From a virus, in IMG/VR virus record IMGVR_UViG_3300027759_000067, positions 1-64,000 of that record: a stretch of 64,000 nt of DNA. One strand, given 5' to 3'. Positions 42,111 through 51,294 of the stretch are shown in pieces. The notes beneath the pieces were generated by a model. It had not been told where the DNA came from. It was given only the letters and a program-made list of their open reading frames with translations, and searched no databases. The first letter of the stretch is position 1; every line of letters starts with the position of its first letter. The translations under genes and the position numbers were made by a program.

Positions 42111-43584
42111 AAAAGAGAAAACTCCTAAACCAAACTATACTGCTGAGATGCAGAAACTATACTTGGAGATGTTCTTATCAGATGCTGAAACTTTTGTACG
42201 TTGCCAAAACATTTTTGATCCACTGAACTTTGATCAAAGATTCCAGGATACAGCAGAATTTATTACCAAGTATGTAGATGACTATAAAGTCATGCCCGAG
42301 GTTGCAATTGTTAACGCAAGTTGTAGATCAGAACTCCAATCTATACAATTACCTAAAGAAAACTACGAATGGCTCATGGACGAGTTTGAGAACTTTAGTA
42401 GACATAAAGGACTGGAACGTGCCATTATAGAAAGTGCTGATCTACTCGAAGCCGGCGACTATGGACCAGTGGAAAAACTGATCAAAGACGCTATACAGAT
42501 ATCACTGAACAAGGATATGGGTACAGATTACTTTGAGGATCCAAGAGCACGTTTGACTAAACTTAAAGACGGTAATGGACAAATTAGTACAGGGTGGCCT
42601 AGCATTGATCGCAAGTTGTATGGTGGGTTCAATCGTGGTGAACTGAATATCTTCTGTGCAGGATCAGGCGGTGGTAAAAGTCTATTCTTGGCCAATATGG
42701 GCGTGAACTGGGCACTACAAGGTCTTAACGTATTGTATCTAACATTTGAGTTGAGCGAGGGCTTGGTGGCCATGCGTTTGGATAGTATGATGACCGGTAT
42801 TGGTACTAGAGAGATCTTTAAGAATCTAGACGACGTTGAACTTAAAGTCAAAGTCCTAGGCAAGAAGTCTGGAAATCTACAAGTAAAATATATGCCCAGC
42901 GGTAAGAACTGTAATGACATTAGAGCCTATCTAAAAGAATATCAGGTTAAGAAAGGATGTAAACCTGACGTTATCCTTATTGACTATTTGGACTTAATGA
43001 TGCCATTGAGCGTTAAGGTTAGTCCTAGCGACTTGTTTGTTAAGGACAAATATGTATCTGAAGAGATCCGTAATCTAGCTATGGAAACACAATGTATTAC
43101 GGTGACTGCTAGTCAGTTGAATCGTAGTGCAGTTGAAGAGATTGAGTTTGATCACAGTCATATCTCTGGTGGACTATCTAAGATCATGACAGCAGATAAT
43201 GTTATTGGTATCTTTACATCTAGAGCAATGAAAGAACGTGGACGGTATCAAATCCAGTTTATGAAGACACGTTCAAGTTCCGGTGTTGGACAAAAGGTTG
43301 ATTTGGAATTTAATGTTGATACTCTACGTATCAGCGACTTAGGTGAAGATGAAGAAACTAGCTTTAGTCAACAAAAAGCAGAAAACGGTACAAGCTCTAT
43401 GATGAAGGGCTTTAAACGTACTAGTACAGTGACTACCAGCACAGATGAAACTACTGGTGAAGTTAAATGGGAAAGACCTACTCCTGCCGAAGGGTGGAGC
43501 ATTGATAAACCTAATAGAAACCCACTTAAGGTTGCAGGCGATATTAGATCAATGTTGGCTAATATGAACAGCGAAAAAGATTAG
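42103..43584 (+). CDS. Replicative DnaB-like helicase (T4 gp41-like)
   Basis: 'AGSGGGKS', 'YLTFEL', 'LIDYLDL', 'TASQLNR', 'MKTR'. Confidence 0.95.
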   Translation: MNKKEKTPKPNYTAEMQKLYLEMFLSDAETFVRCQNIFDPLNFDQRFQDTAEFITKYVDDYKVMPEVAIVNASCRSELQSIQLPKENYEWLMDEFENFSRHKGLERAIIESADLLEAGDYGPVEKLIKDAIQISLNKDMGTDYFEDPRARLTKLKDGNGQISTGWPSIDRKLYGGFNRGELNIFCAGSGGGKSLFLANMGVNWALQGLNVLYLTFELSEGLVAMRLDSMMTGIGTREIFKNLDDVELKVKVLGKKSGNLQVKYMPSGKNCNDIRAYLKEYQVKKGCKPDVILIDYLDLMMPLSVKVSPSDLFVKDKYVSEEIRNLAMETQCITVTASQLNRSAVEEIEFDHSHISGGLSKIMTADNVIGIFTSRAMKERGRYQIQFMKTRSSSGVGQKVDLEFNVDTLRISDLGEDEETSFSQQKAENGTSSMMKGFKRTSTVTTSTDETTGEVKWERPTPAEGWSIDKPNRNPLKVAGDIRSMLANMNSEKD

Positions 43585-44141
43585 AACCAATTGGCTACTT
43601 GCTGTTTACTGGAATCAGCAATGACTTTATGCCACTGATCTATGTCTGTATAACCAAATACTAATTCAGGCTCTGCACGGGTGAATGACCAACTTTGATT
43701 GATGTTCCAGGGCGCCTCACCTAATATCTCACCTTCTATATGCCCGGGCAACCAACGTGTAAACCCTGCTACTGCACGAAACTGACTGGGCCCTTCATGT
43801 CTACTAATAGCTGTTAATACGGATACATCACTACTGATGCCTATTTGCTCTGTGAGCTTGTTAGTGGTGGGACTAAACCAATCCAACGTATGTATGATGT
43901 GTATACGATTGGTGCTTTCACTACCTCCTATATACAAGGGTTGATCGCCATCCATGTTTAATCCTATATTACGCATTACACTATCAACAGTGACGTTATT
44001 GGTGTAAGGCCTATTAATTTGTAAACCTATGGCACCTGAGGTGTCATGATCTATGACTAATATGGCACTCCTGCGTAGAGAAGTATCTGTTCGTTTTGGA
44101 TGAGCGGCTAATAAGAAGCCAGTGTAGTTTTGTTCGTACAT
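43581..44141 (-). CDS. YqgE/AlgH family (DUF179) protein
   Basis: 'LLAAHP', 'GAIGLQINRP', 'LYIGG', 'GFTRWLPGHIEGEI', 'W'. Confidence 0.85.
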   Translation of the reverse strand: MYEQNYTGFLLAAHPKRTDTSLRRSAILVIDHDTSGAIGLQINRPYTNNVTVDSVMRNIGLNMDGDQPLYIGGSESTNRIHIIHTLDWFSPTTNKLTEQIGISSDVSVLTAISRHEGPSQFRAVAGFTRWLPGHIEGEILGEAPWNINQSWSFTRAEPELVFGYTDIDQWHKVIADSSKQQVANWF

Positions 44142-44170
44142 GAAATTATTTAACCGATAAATAATTTTAT

Positions 44171-44863
44171 ATGGCGATACTTGACTTTAATCTGGGGTTT
44201 GAAACTCACTCTACACTTAACCCACGTTTGTGGCGCAATAACGAACTGGACAAAGATGTGGAGTCGGCACTGATTAAAATAGCCCAAGACTTTAAAAAGT
44301 TTATAGATGTACCATTTGATGTAGTGGATGTGCGTATAACGGGCGGACAAGTATCATACTTCTATACTGAACATAGTGATTTGGATCTGCATCTAATAGC
44401 GGATTTCTCTAGTGTTCGATGCGATAGAGAAGCTGCTGAACTATTTGACGCTAAACGTTTACTCTATAAAGAGAAATACTCTATTACAGTCAAGGGTATT
44501 CCTGTGGAACTATACGTGGAAGATTTGGATCACCCTGCTGTTAGTGCTGCTTATAGCATACAAACTAGATCTTGGATTACACAACCAAAAAAAGATCTTG
44601 GCCCTTTTGACATCGACGAAATTGAAAGACTAAGCAATGTATGGGGCGAAATAATTCAGCATAGTTTGAGGCTGAAAAACATTAAAACTGCTAGAAAAAC
44701 CTTGGATTTATTACGCAAATTCCGCCATTTAGGCCTCAAAATACACGGAGAATATTCCACGGCTAATCTAGTATATAAGACACTGAGAAACAGCGATCTT
44801 ATTAAGAAACTACAGAATTTTATAGACACTGAACACGAGAACAATCTGAGCGTAACTGGCTAG
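44171..44863 (+). CDS. Pol-beta superfamily nucleotidyltransferase-like protein
   Basis: 'ITGGQVSYFYTEHSDLDLHL', 'PVELYV', 'GEYSTANLVYK.LR'. Confidence 0.75.
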   Translation: MAILDFNLGFETHSTLNPRLWRNNELDKDVESALIKIAQDFKKFIDVPFDVVDVRITGGQVSYFYTEHSDLDLHLIADFSSVRCDREAAELFDAKRLLYKEKYSITVKGIPVELYVEDLDHPAVSAAYSIQTRSWITQPKKDLGPFDIDEIERLSNVWGEIIQHSLRLKNIKTARKTLDLLRKFRHLGLKIHGEYSTANLVYKTLRNSDLIKKLQNFIDTEHENNLSVTG

Positions 44864-44933
44864 CGCGAGACCTTTCCCCGCGCAGCGCCAGCGCAAAAAA
44901 AAAGATTTTCTAATCTATTATACTAGCACTTTA

Positions 44934-45629
44934 TTACCAAACCCACATAGGATAGTTAGAATCTATATAACCTAGATCATACTCACTATACCATCTACCA
45001 CTTCCTCCAGCTAGACCGGATAACTTGGATCGCGGTCCATGGGTTAACCCTACTCGATCTACTAATAATTCATAACAACAATGCTCTACTGCTTTTACCC
45101 TGTCGTCAGCTTCTAATAATTTGGGTACTAGACTATTAACAGCAAACTCTAGACTAGAATAGAAGAATCTTGTATCTACGTATGTGGTGTTGAAACCTAC
45201 TCGATCATCATAATGCTGCCAGAAACACGAAGACTTACCCTGCATATATCTGCTAATTTCAGCAAAATTCCTGCAATAGACTTTACCTGTACACTTGTAA
45301 AAACTAGACTCGGAATTTAATAATACGCTATTATTCAAAGCATATTCTAATAGTCGCGCTTCTCCATAACCTTTTCCACGCTGTTGAACTAATTCCGTGT
45401 TTTGCTGATAACTAAGTTGCTCAACTTCTATATCAAAATTGGCAAACTCTTCAGGAGAGAATAATACACTGTCTGTGGCATCTACTATGACTACTTTTTT
45501 GATACCACTTAATATCCAAAATCCTAGAGCTGATCGCGCTGCTAATCGCCTGCTAGCACTATCTACTAATTGTAGATGCGGTACTCCACTAGGAGGCCTG
45601 TTGGCTGTGGTTATTAATACCACACTCAT
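44934..45629 (-). CDS. Hypothetical protein, possibly glycosyltransferase-related
   Basis: 'GKGYGEA', 'YKCTGK', 'DTRFF' resemble proteins of polysaccharide loci. Confidence 0.5.
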   Translation of the reverse strand: MSVVLITTANRPPSGVPHLQLVDSASRRLAARSALGFWILSGIKKVVIVDATDSVLFSPEEFANFDIEVEQLSYQQNTELVQQRGKGYGEARLLEYALNNSVLLNSESSFYKCTGKVYCRNFAEISRYMQGKSSCFWQHYDDRVGFNTTYVDTRFFYSSLEFAVNSLVPKLLEADDRVKAVEHCCYELLVDRVGLTHGPRSKLSGLAGGSGRWYSEYDLGYIDSNYPMWVW

Positions 45630-45632
45630 GGT

Positions 45633-46190
45633 TTATAAAGTCTCAACTATGAGTCTACGTAGATCTAAACTATGCGCTATATTCTCTACCCTAGACTCAT
45701 AATCCGCAGCTAACTCTAAGATCACACTATCTAAACTACGATCAACTTTGAAACTTAGACCACCGGCACGAGACCAATCTCGGCAGTTATCTAATCGATC
45801 ATCTACTAATATATCACCGGGATTACAATGTAGATGCTTGTCTACACTATAGGGCCCAAAATGTACCGCTATATCTGTGAAATGTAATTTGGCCCACTCG
45901 GCTTTATCATGAAATGCCCAGGGTAGATCATTATTGTGCGGTATTGCCGTTAGAAACATTAATTCCCAACCTAGTTGATCTCTATACTGACGGGCTATGT
46001 TGACTAACTCTGTGGCACGGGGCATTACGGGTAAATGTAAGAATAGATGCGGGTTATTACGCAATCTATGCCAATCTGCATCTGGATACATCTCTCCAGG
46101 TGCTGCTTCTTTACCTAATATACGTAGAGAATTGGCTCTCCAATCTGCTACTACTCCATCCATGTCTAAATATATCTTTGGTTTATTCAT
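45633..46190 (-). CDS. 5'(3')-deoxyribonucleotidase (HAD, NT5C)
   Basis: 'YLDMDGVVAD', 'LTA', 'K..W', 'ILVDDR..N...W..AGG'. Confidence 0.9.
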   Translation of the reverse strand: MNKPKIYLDMDGVVADWRANSLRILGKEAAPGEMYPDADWHRLRNNPHLFLHLPVMPRATELVNIARQYRDQLGWELMFLTAIPHNNDLPWAFHDKAEWAKLHFTDIAVHFGPYSVDKHLHCNPGDILVDDRLDNCRDWSRAGGLSFKVDRSLDSVILELAADYESRVENIAHSLDLRRLIVETL

Positions 46191-46620
46191 AACTGTAGTT
46201 TACACTGTCTTCATTGATGTTTAACACTTGAGCACCATTACGCAAGTGAAATACCCGGGCCATTTCAGTGGGTGGACTTAGTGTAACATACTTCTTTATA
46301 CTAGGTCTACTACTTTGAATATGCGACCTTGCTGCAACAATTAACTTTCTCCCTGCTCCGGGTACATAACTCCATATGGTGTAGAATACTGCTACTACTG
46401 GCTCATAGGATGCATACTCTAATAACTCTTCTCGACTACGCGGTACACTGTCTCTATACAATACACATACTACAGCACTGGGCTTACCATACTCATCTTG
46501 CGCTACTATGATTTCACTCGATTCACTGACTCGAAACTCTATACCAATTTCTGGACGTACTGGATCATCTTTGATTAATTGTACAAGTGGATCTAACGGT
46601 GAACTTATGATGTGTAGCAT
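46183..46620 (-). CDS. Small GNAT-fold protein resembling the malonyl-CoA decarboxylase core
   Basis: 'AVFYTIWS...GAGRKLI...KKYVTLSP...FHLRNGA'. Confidence 0.55.
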   Translation of the reverse strand: MLHIISSPLDPLVQLIKDDPVRPEIGIEFRVSESSEIIVAQDEYGKPSAVVCVLYRDSVPRSREELLEYASYEPVVAVFYTIWSYVPGAGRKLIVAARSHIQSSRPSIKKYVTLSPPTEMARVFHLRNGAQVLNINEDSVNYSYE

Positions 46621-46701
46621 GGCGATACCTTAATAATACACGTACTTATCTATTCTATTCAAATTATACGAGTTTAATGACTATAAACAGTAAGTAACAT
46701 T

Positions 46702-46920
46702 ATGAACAACTTATTCCTAAAATTAACCAACGCTAATCCAGTGAACAGAAGCATGCCACTGGCTATACGCAAAGACCTTGTGCTTACTGTACACTCTAAT
46801 ATGGCTGTACGTGAGGATTCTAGTATAGAAATGGTAACCTACGTTTTTGGACCTCCACACGGTACTTGGGAAGTACTGGAAACCTACGAATACGTAATGG
46901 ATCAACTTACACAAGAATAA
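46702..46920 (+). CDS. Hypothetical protein
   Basis: 72-aa ORF. Confidence 0.55.
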   Translation: MNNLFLKLTNANPVNRSMPLAIRKDLVLTVHSNMAVREDSSIEMVTYVFGPPHGTWEVLETYEYVMDQLTQE

Positions 46921-47141
46921 TGTATTTGGTGTTTCCATCAAGTACTGACTACGGTATAGAACTGTTGATACTACGTAGACATCTACTCTTTTGGAGCGAG
47001 CAAAATAATATTCCACATACTTGTACTGTGGAGAATTCAGAGTTTAGAGTGAGATTACCCAAGCAACAACATTATACCCAATTTGTACTACAGTGGCAGG
47101 GCCCAGAATTCTATATAGTACCAAAAAAAATTGCTGCGTAA
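46920..47141 (+). CDS. Hypothetical protein
   Basis: ATG 46920 overlaps the previous stop (TAATG). Confidence 0.5.
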   Translation: MYLVFPSSTDYGIELLILRRHLLFWSEQNNIPHTCTVENSEFRVRLPKQQHYTQFVLQWQGPEFYIVPKKIAA

Positions 47142-47342
47142 AATTTTAACAACCCAGAAAATCTTTACACTAGAGCAAATTTTTGCCGCGTATTTAAAAG
47201 CACTTCTGTTATTAATCTCCCCAGGCCGTTCTAATCTAACTCAACTTTTTTAATGGTGAATTTTGGTGAGAACTTTTTGCAAGCGGGCTTGCTAGCTTGC
47301 TAGGGCAGGGACCATTGCTGCTCCCCACACCCCTCACTCCCC

Positions 47343-47627
47343 TCAGTGTTCCCTGATCCCCTCAAAGTCTAAAACCGACTCAATGCTGGGATCTGGAAGG
47401 ATTTCTTCACCGTAGAGATCGAACCCCTCAGCTTCCAAGATGTCGCAGGCCTCCTGGAACAGTTGGATGACCATACGGGTACGCTGGGCCTGTAGTGTGT
47501 CCTTCTTACGCTGCCGACCGCTGCCCACCTTGTAGACTAGTGCGTAGTGTTCAGCGCAGTAGCTACGGCCCTCTAGTGCAGGATGTGTACAGCGTGGCCC
47601 TGTGCCTATGTATGTGCATGTAGTCAT
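47343..47627 (-). CDS. Small Cys/His (Zn-binding) early protein
   Basis: 'CTYIG....C.......SYCAEH'. Confidence 0.6.
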   Translation of the reverse strand: MTTCTYIGTGPRCTHPALEGRSYCAEHYALVYKVGSGRQRKKDTLQAQRTRMVIQLFQEACDILEAEGFDLYGEEILPDPSIESVLDFEGIREH

Positions 47628-47875
47628 TAGTCTTCCTGCCTTACTTTGACGACCAGTTCGATCATGTCCTTGCGTTGTTCTTCAGTCATGTCCACCCACA
47701 TCTCCATAGCGGTTGACACTCCAGTCTCCACACCGTCCTGATAGTGTAGGAAGTTGCTGGTCCAGAGTAGGGCAATGATAGCCCAGAACTCCCAGGTGTC
47801 TACATTATGACCCATGGCATACAGGGCGATGCCCAGTGTTACCGCTATGGCTATGCGTTGTAGGTTCTCGTTCAT
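47627..47875 (-). CDS. Small membrane protein
   Basis: Two hydrophobic segments; TAATG coupling. Confidence 0.6.
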   Translation of the reverse strand: MNENLQRIAIAVTLGIALYAMGHNVDTWEFWAIIALLWTSNFLHYQDGVETGVSTAMEMWVDMTEEQRKDMIELVVKVRQED

Positions 47876-48744
47876 TATCGTTTCATACAAGTGGTCTTCA
47901 CCATTGCGGTCCAGTTGTTAGGGAAGCCCTTCTTTAGATCAGCGATCTTCAATACCATACGCAGGCTGAGCTCACGAAGCTTGTCCTGGTTCTGTTCTAC
48001 GAACTCAATGAGCTCGTCCTCTACACAGGCATCAAAGTCGTAGCGTTCCAGCATCTGGCCTTGTTTAACTACCTGTTTGATTCTAAGGATCTTCTCACGT
48101 GCGGTATCCATTTGGAGATCAATGTAGTGGCAGCGGCTTTCCAGGGCATCCAAGTGATCTCTGAGCTTCTTGCTACGTACATGTTCAAACTTGATGTTGG
48201 TGATAAAGATAGCGGCACCCTTGAACTCAAAGCGATCCGGTATGCCTTCTGATCTAAGTATGCGGCTGTCTGTGTTCCAGCTGATGTAGCGGCGGCTACC
48301 ACTGTCCAATGCACCCTTAAGGATGTTCAGGCTAAGGTCTTCCATAAGGATACTATCGCAGTCGTCGAAGACCACAACGTTACCTTCAGCGGAGAACTCG
48401 TAGAGTTTGCTGTAGAGTCCGATGGAGCTCATGGCACCCTTGACCACTTCGAACTTGGGCTTCTTCTCTGCCAAGATGTTGAACAGCTCGGACTTGAGCA
48501 GGACTTTCTCTACTCCGAAGCTTTTGCCAACACCGGGTGGGCCACTGACAATCATAGCACGGATCTGTCCGTCTTTGACTGCCTTGGTCATTTGATCCAG
48601 GATTTCGAAGCGTTCACCCAGACGTTGGTAGATCTCGTCGTCTGTTTCTCTGGCCACAGCGTCTTGGGTACGTTTGATTGCTGCTTCGTCAAACTCTAGT
48701 ACGGTAGCGCCCTTGCTGGGTTTTTGTGCTGCTCTTGTTGCCAT
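47875..48744 (-). CDS. AAA+ ATPase (start ATG 48744)
   Basis: Walker A 'GPPGVGKS', Walker B 'VVVFDDCD', 'FITN', 'ALESRC'; own promoter and AAGGA RBS. Confidence 0.85.
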   Translation of the reverse strand: MATRAAQKPSKGATVLEFDEAAIKRTQDAVARETDDEIYQRLGERFEILDQMTKAVKDGQIRAMIVSGPPGVGKSFGVEKVLLKSELFNILAEKKPKFEVVKGAMSSIGLYSKLYEFSAEGNVVVFDDCDSILMEDLSLNILKGALDSGSRRYISWNTDSRILRSEGIPDRFEFKGAAIFITNIKFEHVRSKKLRDHLDALESRCHYIDLQMDTAREKILRIKQVVKQGQMLERYDFDACVEDELIEFVEQNQDKLRELSLRMVLKIADLKKGFPNNWTAMVKTTCMKR

Positions 48745-48803
48745 AGTGTTCCTTGGTGTGTTTAAAAGTGTATTATAACAGGGACCTAAGTCCCTGTCAA
48801 TGT

Positions 48804-49130
48804 TCAGTCTGCCCGACCGCCTGCGTAGGCTGTGACACCCAGTCGTTCTTTCAGGATCCGAGCGGCAGCTGAGGCACCCGCTTCTTTCACTGACATGCTC
48901 TGGGTACCGTGGCCACTTGGGTTCCACCATTGGAGACCGCCACCGTAGGCTTTGCTGAAGCCTGCTTTAATCAATGCGCGGCCCAGTTTGGTTGAGCCTT
49001 TCTCGTAGACGTTAACCCAAGCAAAGCCGCAGTACCAGTCCTCACCGTGTTGGGTGATGTGGTCTTGTGCGGCTTGGGCAGCGGCTTGTTGGGCTTCTGC
49101 TACAGCGGCGTTGACGATTGCTTGTTCCAT
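48804..49130 (-). CDS. Early hypothetical protein
   Basis: 'CGFAWV' motif; own promoter and RBS. Confidence 0.75.
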   Translation of the reverse strand: MEQAIVNAAVAEAQQAAAQAAQDHITQHGEDWYCGFAWVNVYEKGSTKLGRALIKAGFSKAYGGGLQWWNPSGHGTQSMSVKEAGASAAARILKERLGVTAYAGGRAD

Positions 49131-49190
49131 TTAGTGCTCCTTAGTGTGTAAGTAAGTATTATAACAGGGAGTTGCCTCCCTGTCAACCTT

Positions 49191-49454
49191 TTAGTTGTTG
49201 TTTATTGTGTACAATGCATTATCTAAATATTCTGAGATAATTTGCTTTTTGTAAGTGTTAACAATAGTTTCTTGTAGTGTTTCGCAAGCGCACAATAAGT
49301 TAGTGTCGCTGTCGTCTTCTTCTAGCACATAATTAATAACTTGCAGCATTGTTTTACCCGTACGCACTGCTTCGGCAAATACAATTGCTTCGCAATTGTT
49401 AACGTTGTTATTTACAGCGTGGAATCCGTTTGCAGTTTGTGTTACTTGTAACAT
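49191..49454 (-). CDS. Early hypothetical protein (Pro-free, GA/GG-depleted template)
   Basis: Own promoter and RBS. Confidence 0.75.
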   Translation of the reverse strand: MLQVTQTANGFHAVNNNVNNCEAIVFAEAVRTGKTMLQVINYVLEEDDSDTNLLCACETLQETIVNTYKKQIISEYLDNALYTINNN

Positions 49455-49543
49455 AGTGTTTCCTTTTAGTGTTTAAGTGTGTATTATAACGCTAAAGGGC
49501 TCCGCTGTCAACCTGTGTTGCAAAGCCCTTTCACTTTACTCTA

Positions 49544-49822
49544 CTATTTGTTATAACTTGCGTTAATGCGTAAGTATGTACGCCCCCCGCTCCTAAAACC
49601 CATGCAGCCTGTGTAATTGCTTGTTGTTGCTTTAACTCTGTTAGTAAAGCCCACAAGTGTAAACAAGTCTTGTATCTCTTTTACTAATGCGTGTTTATCC
49701 GCATAGTTAATGTCCCATGTTAGCAAGCGTGTATTATTAACACCTTTGTCTGTGTATTTTGCACTGTCCCCTACAATATTGTTTACAATATTGCGTATTG
49801 CTTGCGTATCCGCTAGTTGCAT
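49544..49822 (-). CDS. Early hypothetical protein (Pro-free, GA/GG-free template)
   Basis: Own promoter and AAGGAG RBS. Confidence 0.75.
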   Translation of the reverse strand: MQLADTQAIRNIVNNIVGDSAKYTDKGVNNTRLLTWDINYADKHALVKEIQDLFTLVGFTNRVKATTSNYTGCMGFRSGGRTYLRINASYNK

Positions 49823-49861
49823 AAAAAGCTCCTTTAGTGTTTAAGTGTGTATTATAGCAGT

Positions 49862-50038
49862 TTAGTCTGCTGTTGTCAAGTCTTTTTGTGTAAAGTTAAA
49901 CAGCTCGTTGTAACAAGCAACCAGCTGCTCGTCTGTCATTTTGTAGCAAGCACTATTAGTGTCGTATTCCATTTTAATATTATACAACATTTCCCAACGT
50001 GTTAGTCCGTTGCTTAATTTACGTTTTGTAAAATACAT
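49862..50038 (-). CDS. Early hypothetical protein (Pro-free, GA/GG-free template)
   Basis: AAGGAG RBS before ATG 50038. Confidence 0.7.
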   Translation of the reverse strand: MYFTKRKLSNGLTRWEMLYNIKMEYDTNSACYKMTDEQLVACYNELFNFTQKDLTTAD

Positions 50039-50048
50039 ATAGTTCTCC

Positions 50049-50339
50049 TTATTTGCAGCAATATTTGTTAGCACTAATTAGTGCGTTATCTTCTATGTAC
50101 AATAGCACACTAATGTAAAATTCGCGTACTAATGTATCTTGCATAATAATTGCGTTATGCAATGCTAGTACATTTTTGTCTGTGTTAAACTGCACTAGTG
50201 CGTTAACGTTATATGCCACGTCCTCTGCAAACATAGTGTCTATGTCCTCTTCGTTAGCAAATACGTTAATATATTCCTCTGTTGTTTTAAGTAATAGCAC
50301 GTTAATTTGTGCAATGTGTTTTGCTGTTAGTTTTTGCAT
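50049..50339 (-). CDS. Early hypothetical protein (Pro-free, GA/GG-free template)
   Basis: Own promoter and AAGGA RBS. Confidence 0.75.
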   Translation of the reverse strand: MQKLTAKHIAQINVLLLKTTEEYINVFANEEDIDTMFAEDVAYNVNALVQFNTDKNVLALHNAIIMQDTLVREFYISVLLYIEDNALISANKYCCK

Positions 50340-50425
50340 ATAGTTCCTTTTTGTTTATGTGTGTATTATAACGCAGAATAGCACACTTGTCAAGTGTGCT
50401 GTTAATAACCCTGCTAGCGGTAAGG

Positions 50426-50596
50426 TTATTTCTTGGTGGCTGGGGCCTGCTGTATCTGAACGCAGGTGCCTTTGAATTGCTGTTTCTGTAGGTCCTGAAG
50501 AGCCGCCTGGCATATGGCCTGCTCCTGGAACTGCCCTATGTAGGTCACGCTGGGTGCTGTGGTTCCTATGCCAATGAGTGCTATTGCCCAGAACAT
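50426..50596 (-). CDS. 56-aa hypothetical protein (not in ORF track)
   Basis: MFWAIALIGIG...ATKK*; GGAGG RBS. Confidence 0.6.
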   Translation of the reverse strand: MFWAIALIGIGTTAPSVTYIGQFQEQAICQAALQDLQKQQFKGTCVQIQQAPATKK

Positions 50597-50597
50597 A

Positions 50598-50816
50598 TCA
50601 CGCCTCCTTCTTGGTTAGGGTGGACTTGAACAGCAGGGCGAACAGGAACTGGAGTCCCCAGGCCTGTAGCCAACCTATCTCTCGTGTGCCCTCTACAGCA
50701 GGTACAAGGCATTGGTTCCACAGTTCCATCACCGGCCAAGCCAGTAGGAAGGATAGGAACAGTAGGGTAGCGATACTGGCTACGATTGCACCTAATGCTA
50801 CGATTGCGTCTTTCAT
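50598..50816 (-). CDS. Small membrane protein
   Basis: Hydrophobic 72 aa; GAGG RBS. Confidence 0.7.
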   Translation of the reverse strand: MKDAIVALGAIVASIATLLFLSFLLAWPVMELWNQCLVPAVEGTREIGWLQAWGLQFLFALLFKSTLTKKEA

Positions 50817-50825
50817 AACAACCTC

Positions 50826-50927
50826 TTACAAAAATGTGTACACAATAGCAATCCCTATAAAGTACAGGAAAAGTGATCCTACTGCTACAATAGCGGCAAA
50901 CTCGAGTGTTTCTTTTAACAGTTGCAT
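50826..50927 (-). CDS. 33-aa membrane peptide (not in ORF track)
   Basis: MQLLKETLEFAAIVAVGSLFLYFIGIAIVYTFL*; AGGAG RBS directly after a promoter. Confidence 0.6.
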   Translation of the reverse strand: MQLLKETLEFAAIVAVGSLFLYFIGIAIVYTFL

Positions 50928-50955
50928 TTCTATCTCCTAAAATTGTATTATAGCA

Positions 50956-51174
50956 TCAAATGCGGAATTGGTCAAGCACTTCTTTAGCCTCGTCTACAGT
51001 GGTGATCTCATCAACGAATGCTGCCAGCATCATTTGGATCAGTGTACGGCACTCGAGTCGTTCTGGCCGGGGCAAGGTAGCGATGAATGCCTCCACTGCC
51101 GCGTATTCCTCAAGACCCCACATAATGTCGCACAGGGCCTTCTGTTTAGCGTTGAGTCCAGTGATAGTGATCAT
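50956..51174 (-). CDS. Early hypothetical protein
   Basis: MITITGLNA...; TAATG-coupled. Confidence 0.65.
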   Translation of the reverse strand: MITITGLNAKQKALCDIMWGLEEYAAVEAFIATLPRPERLECRTLIQMMLAAFVDEITTVDEAKEVLDQFRI

Positions 51175-51263
51175 TACATTCTCCAAAAGTAGATTACAAA
51201 GGGTCCGCCGATTAGGGCTGCGACTGCGGTAGCTTGTGCTAGGTCGATTAGTGCTTGTTTCAT
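51174..51263 (-). CDS. 29-aa leaderless membrane peptide (not in ORF track)
   Basis: ATG 6 nt downstream of a -10 box; MKQALIDLAQATAVAALIGGPFVIYFWRM*. Confidence 0.5.
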   Translation of the reverse strand: MKQALIDLAQATAVAALIGGPFVIYFWRM

Positions 51264-51294
51264 GTATGTATTATAGCCGAGAACTTGGGTCTCG

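Noticed and set aside
44934-46200. Apparent CTAG/TAGA enrichment
   Set aside because: Only a modest excess by eye; cannot be supported without counting against a background model.
49500-50375. UV-avoidance or CmdT-type (GA in mRNA) explanation for the dinucleotide gap
   Set aside because: The template strand still has abundant TT/TC dipyrimidines, and the mRNAs still contain GA in Asp/Glu codons, so neither fits directly.
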